A stretch of DNA of 14,278 nucleotides, taken from Pseudomonadota bacterium. GTDB taxonomy: Bacteria; Bdellovibrionota; FAC87; UBA2466. The DNA lies in contig JAYSWN010000046.1 in NCBI GenBank assembly GCA_043718025.1, forward strand, positions 1 to 14,278, in the 5' to 3' direction. Shown here piece by piece: positions 1 through 6,928 of this stretch. Position numbers and translations under genes: made by a program. The notes beneath the pieces were generated by a model. That model was not told the origin of the DNA, did not search any database, and saw only the letters and a program-made list of their open reading frames with translations. Every line of letters begins with the position of its first letter. The first letter of the stretch is position 1.

Positions 1-9
1 CCTTTGGGC

Positions 10-46
10 AAAAAAAACGGGAGCTCCGATGCGGAGCTCCCGTTTT
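10..46 (-). terminator. Intrinsic terminator downstream of the clostripain gene (possibly bidirectional)
   Basis: Perfect 11-bp stem CGGGAGCTCCG (18-28) / CGGAGCTCCCG (32-42) with a 3-nt loop. A8 at 10-17 gives U8 on the minus strand, and T4 follows at 43-46. The stem lies about 40 nt past the stop at 85. Confidence 0.88.
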
Positions 47-84
47 ACAAGTTCTATTTTTCTATTTTTCTGCTTTTAATGTGG

Positions 85-1272
85 TCAGTTTTTGTAAACG
101 TGAGCGAGGGCTTCGTTCCAGCGGGTGTCTTTTGCGAATTTCAGCTTCCCGTACCGGTCCGAGTAGAGATTGAAACTATAACTATTACTAGGCACCCAAA
201 TCGACACGCCCGTGGCCCGAATAAGCCCGGGAGACACTTGACTGTCGATCACGTAGGTGCGCATCGCATTCTTAATGCCATCGAGTTCAGGCTTTAACTT
301 GAGATCGGTCTTTTCTAACTCGACCACGAGATCGCCAAGGTCACGGTAATCTCGAAAGTAGAACGGAAGGGCTAGCTCCATTGCGGCCTTAAACTTTTTA
401 AGGTCGTCGGCGTTCATGGTGAGCACGGCCGCACTCAATGCCCGGATGGCCGTATTGAGTCGTTCGCTCTCATTAAGTTTTGTCGACGATAGACCGACAC
501 TGCGCGCCAAAAAGAAGCCCTTGGCGTACGACTTCACGTACTCATCGTTTAAGATTTTGGTGATGTCTTCAGAGGTGGCGCGGGGATTCTTCACCCAACG
601 CTCCAAAAATTTATCGTAAGGCCAACCAGCTCCGGGCTCCACCTCTTCGGAGGCCACCATCACGTCGGTGCCCGAGGCGATCTCGTTACCCACTTCGGCC
701 ATGCCCATCAAACAGGCATCTAGGCCATAAATATCGACGGGTTTGCCGTAGAGTTTTTTAAGTTCATCGCCGATCTGCCCCATTTGAACGGTGCTGATGA
801 TGTGGTGGGTAAAATCATCATTGCTGATGTCCATCATTCGCATTCCCGGTTGGAGGCCTTTGCGGTGCCAGCCGCCGCCGTGGTTCCAGATTACGAAGAA
901 GGTGCGCTTAGCCGGGTATTTTTCATTGGCCCACTGCGCGAATTTAACCGCCTCTTGCCAGTCTCCCATGTCGACGCGGGGAAGCTCTTGCACGATTGGA
1001 GAGGTGACGTTCACAGAATCATTGTCTTTGGTAACCAATAGGCGTTGGGTCTTTTCATTTTTGCTCGAGGCCCACTGCACCAGCACGTTGATGTCGTCGG
1101 TGGAGCCCACCGTTTCCATCTGGTTTATATTTAACTTGCCGAAAGAATCTAAGTTGTTGTGGCCGTTTAAGAACACAAGAAAATTCCATTCACGGAGGGG
1201 AGCTTTAGCGGACGACGCGTGGGCAACGGGGAGGACGCCAATAAGGACGAGACAAAGCGCCTTTAAGAGCAT
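85..1272 (-). CDS. Secreted clostripain-family (peptidase C11) cysteine protease
   Basis: N-terminal signal peptide (MLLKALCLVLIGVLPVAHA). C11 motifs: WNFLVFLNGHNNL, DMGD, catalytic WNHGGGW (His) and LDACLMG (Cys), ASEEVEPGAGWPY, YRDLGDL and GVSIWVP. GAGG lies 5 nt upstream of the ATG. Confidence 0.92.
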   Translation of the reverse strand: MLLKALCLVLIGVLPVAHASSAKAPLREWNFLVFLNGHNNLDSFGKLNINQMETVGSTDDINVLVQWASSKNEKTQRLLVTKDNDSVNVTSPIVQELPRVDMGDWQEAVKFAQWANEKYPAKRTFFVIWNHGGGWHRKGLQPGMRMMDISNDDFTHHIISTVQMGQIGDELKKLYGKPVDIYGLDACLMGMAEVGNEIASGTDVMVASEEVEPGAGWPYDKFLERWVKNPRATSEDITKILNDEYVKSYAKGFFLARSVGLSSTKLNESERLNTAIRALSAAVLTMNADDLKKFKAAMELALPFYFRDYRDLGDLVVELEKTDLKLKPELDGIKNAMRTYVIDSQVSPGLIRATGVSIWVPSNSYSFNLYSDRYGKLKFAKDTRWNEALAHVYKN

Positions 1273-1316
1273 TGAGACCTCGATTGTTTGTTGGATTGTT
1301 TTGTGGGGACCGGTTT

Positions 1317-1325
1317 ATTTTAGCA
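1317..1325 (-). promoter_or_regulatory. Possible extended -10 sigma70 promoter for the clostripain gene
   Basis: TGCTAAAAT (TGn + TAAAAT) on the minus strand, about 45 nt upstream of the ATG. No well-spaced -35 box. Confidence 0.35.
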
Positions 1326-1349
1326 TGAAACTGGTTTTCAACGAACCGA

Positions 1350-2072
1350 TCAATCGACGAGTAGCCAACTGCCGAGCCACGCCACCATTTCACCTGGAAT
1401 TTTAGCTTCGTTGGGGGTGAGCAGCGAGAACAGCCAACCTGCAAATTCCCACTGCGAGACTTTGACCTGGGGAAATGAGGCAAACAAGATTTCGCGACAA
1501 GCCCCCTTCGAATCCACGGCAGAAATCTCTAAAACACTCGGCGCCACGCTAATTCCCACGCGAAGCATTTTCCCTAAGCACTCTTTCGCCGACCACAAAC
1601 TCAAAAATGCGGCGGGGTGGTGGGGCATGAGGCGCTTCTCATTTGGCGTCAGTCGTTTGTGCAGCGATTGCGCCCGCTTTAACGCCGTGGCATCCAGGGT
1701 TTCCAAATCTAGGGTTAAGGGGAGTTCGAGGGCACTCGCCGCAAACGCTAGCGTCGATGAATGGGTAATGCTCGTATGCCAGGGCGAGGCGATCCAAACG
1801 GGTTGACCAAATACGCCCGGCAGAATTGAGGCCGCCGTTGGCGGGGCTTTTTCACCGAGGGCCGCCGCACTTCTTTTGGCGGCAACCCGGCCAAGTAGAA
1901 AATTGTGTCGCCTCTTTTCTGATTGAAACTGATTTCGTAATTTGCGTTCACTCGGGCTTAGCCACTTGGCGGGGGTTAGGGTCTCGCTATTCGCGGCTAC
2001 GCCCAGGGCGAACTGGTGATTCGAAAGAATCCCCTTGAAGGCGGGGCGCAAGACAGTTCGGCTTAGTGGCAT
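1350..2072 (-). CDS. 4'-phosphopantetheinyl transferase (Sfp-type)
   Basis: 240 aa with ERKLRNQFQSEKRRHNFLLGRVAAK, GQP, SITHS, LDLE (the GxDxE-like Mg-binding motif) and WSAKE..GK...G (WxxKEA motif). Start codon uncertain because no SD is visible. Confidence 0.88.
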   Translation of the reverse strand: MPLSRTVLRPAFKGILSNHQFALGVAANSETLTPAKWLSPSERKLRNQFQSEKRRHNFLLGRVAAKRSAAALGEKAPPTAASILPGVFGQPVWIASPWHTSITHSSTLAFAASALELPLTLDLETLDATALKRAQSLHKRLTPNEKRLMPHHPAAFLSLWSAKECLGKMLRVGISVAPSVLEISAVDSKGACREILFASFPQVKVSQWEFAGWLFSLLTPNEAKIPGEMVAWLGSWLLVD

Positions 2073-2187
2073 GGCACTGGGTTGTAGATGACTTCTTCAC
2101 CAAAAGGAAGGGCCGTAGCTTTAGAGGGTCCCAATCGATGAACATGCCGGGCGATCACTCAGGTTTTTGGAGCTACGTGGCTGGTTC

Positions 2188-2239
2188 GCTGGTCTCCCGC
2201 CGGTACCAGTTAATGAATTGGCACCGTAACGGGACCAGC
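2188..2239. repeat. Imperfect inverted repeat in the divergent intergenic region
   Basis: Outer arms GCTGGTC (2188-2194) / GACCAGC (2233-2239). Inner arms CGGTACCAGTT (2201-2211) / AATTGGCACCG (2216-2226), 9/11 complementary, around a 4-nt spacer. Confidence 0.6.
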
Positions 2240-2266
2240 CGGCGGTTGAACTTGAGCCTAAAAATC

Positions 2267-2283
2267 TTGGCACCAGAGTTGCT
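2267..2283 (+). promoter_or_regulatory. Sigma54 (RpoN) -24/-12 promoter
   Basis: TTGGCACCAGAGTTGCT matches the consensus TGGCACG-N4-TTGCW. GG (2269-70) and GC (2281-82) are exactly 10 nt apart, and the site ends 42 nt upstream of ATG 2326. Confidence 0.82.
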
Positions 2284-2325
2284 TTAGCATCAGTTCAGAA
2301 TTTGTTTAACCACTTGGAGTCTCTC

Positions 2326-2811
2326 ATGAAAAAATCAATTTTAGTTTTAGCCCTGGGAATTTTTGCCATTAATGCTTCGGCCGAAAGCCGCAAATCGGTC
2401 AGCATCAGCTACAACGAAAGAGCTACGGCGTTTGGTGAAAAGATGTTGGGCATGAAGCTCACCACCTTGTTTGTTGAGTACGACGGTTTGGTTCACCGCA
2501 GCGACTGTCCGGTTGGGCTTGAAATCCCCTGTTTTACCAAAGTGGTTGCCAAGTTGGACGCCTATAAGATGGATGAGATTCAGAATCTAATCAGCGACGC
2601 TCATGCGCAAAAAAACAAATTGGTTCTCTCAAAGACTACCGCCCGTTGCATTGCCCCGGCTTCAAAAGAACGTTTTGTTTCTGCCGACAACGATTCGGTA
2701 AAGTTAGAAAAGGGCGATATCTGCTCAGCCGTCTTCGAGAGCAACACGGCCGCCGGTAAAAAACTCACGCAGATAGCGAACGAGTTGGTTCGCAAAACTA
2801 CGAAGAACTAA
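2326..2811 (+). CDS. Small secreted hypothetical protein (161 aa, 4 Cys)
   Basis: GGAG at 2316-2319 precedes ATG 2326, which is preferred over the track start at 2302. Classic Sec signal MKKSILVLALGIFAINASA. Four cysteines. Followed by a terminator. No family recognised. Confidence 0.85.
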   Translation: MKKSILVLALGIFAINASAESRKSVSISYNERATAFGEKMLGMKLTTLFVEYDGLVHRSDCPVGLEIPCFTKVVAKLDAYKMDEIQNLISDAHAQKNKLVLSKTTARCIAPASKERFVSADNDSVKLEKGDICSAVFESNTAAGKKLTQIANELVRKTTKN

Positions 2812-2835
2812 AAAAGATTGGGTTGGGGATAGTGG

Positions 2836-2870
2836 GAGGGCCAGTTCCCGGGGGGGGCTGGCCCTCTTTT
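2836..2870 (+). terminator. Intrinsic terminator between the convergent secreted-protein gene and mscL
   Basis: Stem GAGGGCCAG (2836-2844) / CTGGCCCTC (2858-2866), extendable by G-U pairs, followed by TTTTAATT. Confidence 0.8.
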
Positions 2871-2885
2871 AATTGCGGATAAGAA

Positions 2886-3305
2886 TTACGAGCGCGACTT
2901 TAAGAGGTCGCGGATTTCGCCCAAGAGTTGCTCTTCGTTGGTGGGGGCCGGCGGCGGCACCGGTTTGGCCGCCTCTTTCTGCTTCATCTTAGAGACCATT
3001 TTTAGAAGGGCGAATACTGCCGCTGCCACCAGCGTGAAATCGATCACCTGGTTGATAAACAGACCATAATTGATGGTGGCCGCACCGGCCTTTTTGGCTT
3101 CTGCAAGCGAGGCAAAATCACCGCCGGAGAGGTTGACGAAAAGGCTTGAAAAATCAACCTTGCCCATCAACATGCCCAGGGGGGGCATCATCACGTCGGC
3201 TACGAATGATGAAACGATCTTTCCAAACGCGGCGCCAATGATGATGCCAATCGCCATGTCCAAGACATTGCCCCTAAAAATAAAGTCTTTAAACTCTTTC
3301 AACAT
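2886..3305 (-). CDS. mscL: Large-conductance mechanosensitive channel MscL
   Basis: MLKEFKDFIFRGNVLDMAIGIIIGAAFGKIVSSFVADVMMPP, INYGLFIN and C-terminal EEQLLGEIRDLLK are hallmark MscL sequences. Confidence 0.98.
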   Translation of the reverse strand: MLKEFKDFIFRGNVLDMAIGIIIGAAFGKIVSSFVADVMMPPLGMLMGKVDFSSLFVNLSGGDFASLAEAKKAGAATINYGLFINQVIDFTLVAAAVFALLKMVSKMKQKEAAKPVPPPAPTNEEQLLGEIRDLLKSRS

Positions 3306-3431
3306 AGAATCCCTCGTTAAATAAAGGCCCGTTAATCTCGTCTAAAGGCGATCAAGTCAAAGTTTTTTGGCTTGATGCGTCGAATCGACCGTTGCCGCTG
3401 GATTTTGGAAGAGGGAGTTTTCTTCAAGCTT

Positions 3432-3460
3432 TTGACGGCGTGTCCCCAAGCCCCTAGAAT
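3432..3460 (+). promoter_or_regulatory. Sigma70 promoter of the SPOR-cupin-manC operon
   Basis: TTGACG (3432-3437), 17-nt spacer, TAGAAT (3455-3460). The ATG follows at 3472. Confidence 0.72.
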
Positions 3461-3471
3461 AAGATCACTTC

Positions 3472-4065
3472 ATGATACGAAACCCCTCACGCCGCTTTTT
3501 TCCCAAAGAGGTCGCCGTCCTCTTTGGGCTGTTTGTATTGAATGCGGTGCTTATGTTCGTAGTGGGTTTAAGCATCGGAAAGAGCTGGCGGCCCAAAGCC
3601 AAGATGCAGGCAAGTATTGCGGTGCCAGTTTCAGAGGCGTCGATGGGCGGGCCGCCGCTTCCTGCTCCGGCCTGGGCCCCCGACAAGTGGAAGAGCACGG
3701 TTTCAAGTTCAGACCCCATTCCACCGGTGACCGGCGCGGCGACTAAGGTGGTTAAGACGCTCCCGCTGGCTGAGAAAACGGCCACCGCCGATGTGCTCAG
3801 TTTTCCCAAAGGGCAATTCACCGTTCAGGTGGGCAGCTACTTGAGTGAACCCGAGGCCAATGAACGAATTGAAGAGCTGCGAAAATTGGGTTTTCCCCAC
3901 GCCTATTTTTCGGCTAAGGAGTTGGGTGATCCCAAGTTGCTCTGGTACCGCGTTTGGTTAGGGCACTTCTCTACTAATGAAAGCGCCCGTCGTGGTGGTG
4001 AGTGGTTACAGAAGCGCGGCGAAGTGAAGAGCTATCTGGTCAGAAAGAGTGAGCCAAATGGTTAG
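3472..4065 (+). CDS. Membrane-anchored SPOR-domain protein (FtsN/DedD/DamX-like architecture)
   Basis: Short N-terminal tail, one TM helix (VAVLFGLFVLNAVLMFVVGLSIG) and a Pro/Ala/Thr-rich linker. C-terminal SPOR repeats FTVQVGSY..EANERIEELRKLGF and WYRVWLGHFST..A. Confidence 0.9.
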   Translation: MIRNPSRRFFPKEVAVLFGLFVLNAVLMFVVGLSIGKSWRPKAKMQASIAVPVSEASMGGPPLPAPAWAPDKWKSTVSSSDPIPPVTGAATKVVKTLPLAEKTATADVLSFPKGQFTVQVGSYLSEPEANERIEELRKLGFPHAYFSAKELGDPKLLWYRVWLGHFSTNESARRGGEWLQKRGEVKSYLVRKSEPNG

Positions 4066-4402
4066 AAAAGTTGAAAAGCCTTGGGGCTACGAACTGATTT
4101 GGGCCGAGACGGAAAATTACGTTGGAAAGATTCTATTCGTGAAGGCGGGTGAGAGCCTGAGCTTGCAGTATCACCGAATAAAAGAAGAGACGATGTTTCT
4201 TGAGAGCGGAGAAGTTCTGCTTGAGTCTGGAACCGACGAAAACAATTTGCAACCTGTTTCCTTCGCGGCCGGCACCGCGTTTCATATTTCACCCGGCGTA
4301 TTGCATCGGCTTACGGCAAAAACGGATTGCCGCGTTTTTGAAGTCTCTACTCCTCATTTAAACGACGTCGTGCGCTTAAAAGATAGGTATGGCCGTGGCT
4401 AA
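4058..4402 (+). CDS. Stand-alone cupin, similar to the type II mannose-6-phosphate isomerase domain
   Basis: VEKPWG, LSLQYHRIKEET, HISPGVLHRL, EVSTP and DVVRLKDRYGR are typical of the PMI type II C-terminal cupin. The ATG at 4058 overlaps the SPOR gene end. Confidence 0.88.
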   Translation: MVRKVEKPWGYELIWAETENYVGKILFVKAGESLSLQYHRIKEETMFLESGEVLLESGTDENNLQPVSFAAGTAFHISPGVLHRLTAKTDCRVFEVSTPHLNDVVRLKDRYGRG

Positions 4403-5426
4403 AGCAGTAGCCGTAGTAATGGCAGGCGGCAGCGGCACGCGCTTTTTTCCTTTGAGCCGCAAAGCCCTTCCTAAGCAATACCTTCCTTTGTTTAGCGAAA
4501 AATCGCTTCTTAAAGAGACCATCGACCGGGTTGAGCCGTTGGTAGGTAAGGGCAATGTGTTTCTTTGTTCCGCCGCGTCACAGTCTTTGCTCGCCAAGGA
4601 ACACGCTGGTCCCGGCGTAGGTTTTTTTTTCGAGCCCGAGGCCAAAAATACGGCGCCCTGTTTAATGTGGGCGGTGTTAGGCCTATTGGAGAGTGGCCAC
4701 GCCGAGAGCGAAGTGATGGTGGCGCTACCCGCCGACCATTTTGTTCGAGACGGCGAAAAGTTTCGGACGAGCTTGGCGTTGGCGATTGATCTGGCCCAAC
4801 GCGAAAATATTTTGGTGACCCTGGGGATCACCCCTTCTTCACCGCACACCGGTTACGGCTACATCGAAGGCAAAGAAAAGTGGGGGAGCACGCCCTTCTT
4901 GAAAGTGGCTGGTTTCATCGAGAAGCCGGAGCTCGCCCGCGCGCAAGTTTTTTTTAAACAGAAGACCTATTTTTGGAATGCGGGCATTTTTGTTGGTACC
5001 CTGCAGAGTTTTCGCGCGGCCTTTGAGCGGCATTTGCAAAGCAGTTGGAATAATCTCACCACCGCAAAAGGGCCGGCCCGCGACGCGGTTTACCTTTCGT
5101 TAAAAGCCGAATCCATCGATACCGCCGTGATGGAAAAAGAGACTTCGCTAGTGGTGTTGCCGGTCGGTGACATTGGCTGGAGCGATGTGGGGTCGTGGAG
5201 TGCGTTGGCCGACCTGTTGACCGGTGGCGATAGTATTTCCAACCATGCCCTGAATGGCGGGGTGGAGTCGGTAGATAGCCAAGGTTGCTTCGTTTCGTCG
5301 CAAAAAAAAGTGGCGTTATTGGGCGTTCGCAACCTTATCGTAGTGGATACTGAAGACTGTTTACTGATTGCCAGCCGCAGCCATGACCAGCAGGTGCGGG
5401 AAATAGCTAAGATTTTGGATTCCTAA
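4389..5426 (+). CDS. manC: Mannose-1-phosphate guanylyltransferase (GMP domain only)
   Basis: VMAGGSGTRFFPLSR..PKQY, EPEAKNTAP, PADH, LVTLGITP..TGYGYI, FIEKP, WNAGIF, SIDTAVMEK and WSDVGSW. The protein ends without a cupin domain. Confidence 0.95.
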   Translation: MAVAKAVAVVMAGGSGTRFFPLSRKALPKQYLPLFSEKSLLKETIDRVEPLVGKGNVFLCSAASQSLLAKEHAGPGVGFFFEPEAKNTAPCLMWAVLGLLESGHAESEVMVALPADHFVRDGEKFRTSLALAIDLAQRENILVTLGITPSSPHTGYGYIEGKEKWGSTPFLKVAGFIEKPELARAQVFFKQKTYFWNAGIFVGTLQSFRAAFERHLQSSWNNLTTAKGPARDAVYLSLKAESIDTAVMEKETSLVVLPVGDIGWSDVGSWSALADLLTGGDSISNHALNGGVESVDSQGCFVSSQKKVALLGVRNLIVVDTEDCLLIASRSHDQQVREIAKILDS

Positions 5427-5457
5427 GAGAAATTCCCCAAACCGTTGAAACCATAAT

Positions 5458-5486
5458 TTGACCCAAAATAACTCTCTGCGTATAAG
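5458..5486 (+). promoter_or_regulatory. Putative sigma70 promoter abutting the desaturase start
   Basis: TTGACC (5458-5463), 17-nt spacer, TATAAG (5481-5486). ATG 5494 lies 7 nt beyond the -10 box. Confidence 0.5.
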
Positions 5487-5493
5487 GTCGCCC

Positions 5494-6234
5494 ATGAGTT
5501 ATTGGATCGCTTGTCTTTTAGTTTTTGTTGCCGCCTACCTGCTTAATATTTTTTACATCAGCGTGCTGTACCATCGAGGCCTTACCCACTCCGCCGTAAA
5601 ACTGCGCCCTTGGCTGGTCCGCTTTACCGCGCGCACGGGAAACTGGGTGACCGGCCTCGACCCTAAGGGCTGGACCTGCATGCACCGGATGCACCACCAA
5701 TATTCTGACACGCCGCAAGATCCGCACAGCCCAGTTTTTCAAGGGTTGTTTCCCCTTTTTTTAGGTCAGCTGCATTCGTACAACCGCATTCTGGTGGGGC
5801 TGTTAAAAAAAGAAGAGCCATTCGTTTCGGTGGTCGCCGATCTTCCATTTGGCGTAAGCTGGCTCAATCGAAAAAAACTGTGGATCGCTCCTTACCTTTT
5901 ACAGGTGCTCATCGGCTTGTTGATTGGCTATGCCTTTGGTGGTTTTTGGATCGGTTACGCCTACTGGTTGGGCATGATGAGCCATCCCATTCAAGGCTGG
6001 ATGGTAAACGCATTGGCGCACCGCTACGGATACCGTAATTTTGAAACCCCCGACAACTCGCGCAACAACTGGATGGTGGCCTACTTGGTCTTTGGCGAAG
6101 GGTATCAGAATAATCACCATCAATACCCGAGCCGTGCGAACTTTGCCGTAAAGCGAAGCGAAGTTGATTTAGGTTTCCTGCTTTGCCAGCTCAGCCAAAG
6201 ATTGGGGCTCTTGAAAATTGCGCATTCAGAGTAG
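5494..6234 (+). CDS. Membrane fatty-acid (acyl-CoA delta-9-like) desaturase
   Basis: His boxes YHRGLTH, HRMHH (with DTPQDPHSP), VNALAH..GYRNF..DNSRN and GEGYQNNHH..P.RA. Hydrophobic segments present. ATG 5494 is preferred over TTG 5458. Confidence 0.92.
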   Translation: MSYWIACLLVFVAAYLLNIFYISVLYHRGLTHSAVKLRPWLVRFTARTGNWVTGLDPKGWTCMHRMHHQYSDTPQDPHSPVFQGLFPLFLGQLHSYNRILVGLLKKEEPFVSVVADLPFGVSWLNRKKLWIAPYLLQVLIGLLIGYAFGGFWIGYAYWLGMMSHPIQGWMVNALAHRYGYRNFETPDNSRNNWMVAYLVFGEGYQNNHHQYPSRANFAVKRSEVDLGFLLCQLSQRLGLLKIAHSE

Positions 6235-6286
6235 CTGTCTTAGCCAATTTCCTCATTAGTTGCCATACGGAGATGAAGTCCGTTTG

Positions 6287-6295
6287 TGGTAAACT
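6287..6295 (+). promoter_or_regulatory. Putative extended -10 promoter directly before the response regulator start
   Basis: TGGTAAACT (TGn + TAAACT), then 6 nt, then ATG 6302. No SD sequence is present near the start. Confidence 0.5.
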
Positions 6296-6301
6296 ACCCA
6301 T

Positions 6302-6925
6302 ATGAAAACCGTTTTGGTTGTGGATGACGATACTGAAATTTTAGACATGGTTCGCTTAGTTTTGGAGGAGAAGGGGCACAACGTAGCCACCGCCAAAGAC
6401 GGCAAAGCCTGCATGCGAGATATCATCGTTAAGAAGCCGGATCTCATCATCATGGATCTGAAAATGCCGAATATGGACGGCTTGAACGCCTTAGATTTAA
6501 TTCGGGTAACGCAGTTGAACCGTCAGGTTCCGATTATTATGTGGTCGGGAGACACTGATCCTAATGTGATTGCGCGCGCCGAACGTCTCGGGGCCGACGA
6601 CTTTCTTTCTAAATCGACCCCAATGCCTGAGTTCACCAAAATTGTAGAAGATCATCTTTTTTCTTTGGAGAACGAAGAGGTACTAGAACTCTTGAAAAAG
6701 GGCACCCTGAATAAGGCGAGCGGGTCACTTCCCGGTGGAATGAATCCGGCGGAGTATCCCGGATGGGACACCTATCCGGTTTCGCTGCGGGAGCGCGAGC
6801 TGGCGTTGCAAATGCGCGAGGGCAGCGCCCAAGAAAAGGTGATGGCGCTCACCCCGATGCAGATGAAAGATAACGTACGGCTGTTTCAGAGAATGCCAAA
6901 ACGTTGGAGAATGTTTTATCCCTAA
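6302..6925 (+). CDS. Response regulator: REC domain plus an unrecognised ~85-aa C-terminal domain
   Basis: VLVVDDD, PDLIIMDLKMPNMDG (phospho-acceptor Asp), PIIMWSG and GADDFLSK. The C-terminus shows no HTH, GGDEF or AAA+ motif. Confidence 0.92.
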   Translation: MKTVLVVDDDTEILDMVRLVLEEKGHNVATAKDGKACMRDIIVKKPDLIIMDLKMPNMDGLNALDLIRVTQLNRQVPIIMWSGDTDPNVIARAERLGADDFLSKSTPMPEFTKIVEDHLFSLENEEVLELLKKGTLNKASGSLPGGMNPAEYPGWDTYPVSLRERELALQMREGSAQEKVMALTPMQMKDNVRLFQRMPKRWRMFYP

Positions 6926-6928
6926 GAA

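Noticed and set aside
1282..1302. Short direct repeat GATTGTTT x2 in the clostripain leader
   Set aside because: Too short and low-complexity to support a function; it is not CRISPR-like.
791..1405. 204-aa plus-strand ORF, along with the other antisense or alternate-frame ORFs in the track (e.g. 4376-4849, 10512-10937, 12656-13003)
   Set aside because: They overlap well-supported genes and show no recognisable motifs, so they are treated as shadow ORFs.
2218..2234. Additional TGGCAC elements (at 2219 and 2072) as sigma54 promoters
   Set aside because: Neither has a GC at the -12 position.
2066..2287. 73-aa ORF spanning the PPTase/secreted-protein intergenic region
   Set aside because: No SD and no protein-like features; it runs across the dyad and the sigma54 promoter.
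2850..2857. G8 tract as a phase-variation site
   Set aside because: It lies within the terminator hairpin, not in a CDS or promoter.
3331..3360. TTGACT on the minus strand as the mscL -35 box
   Set aside because: No convincing -10 box at 16-18 nt spacing.
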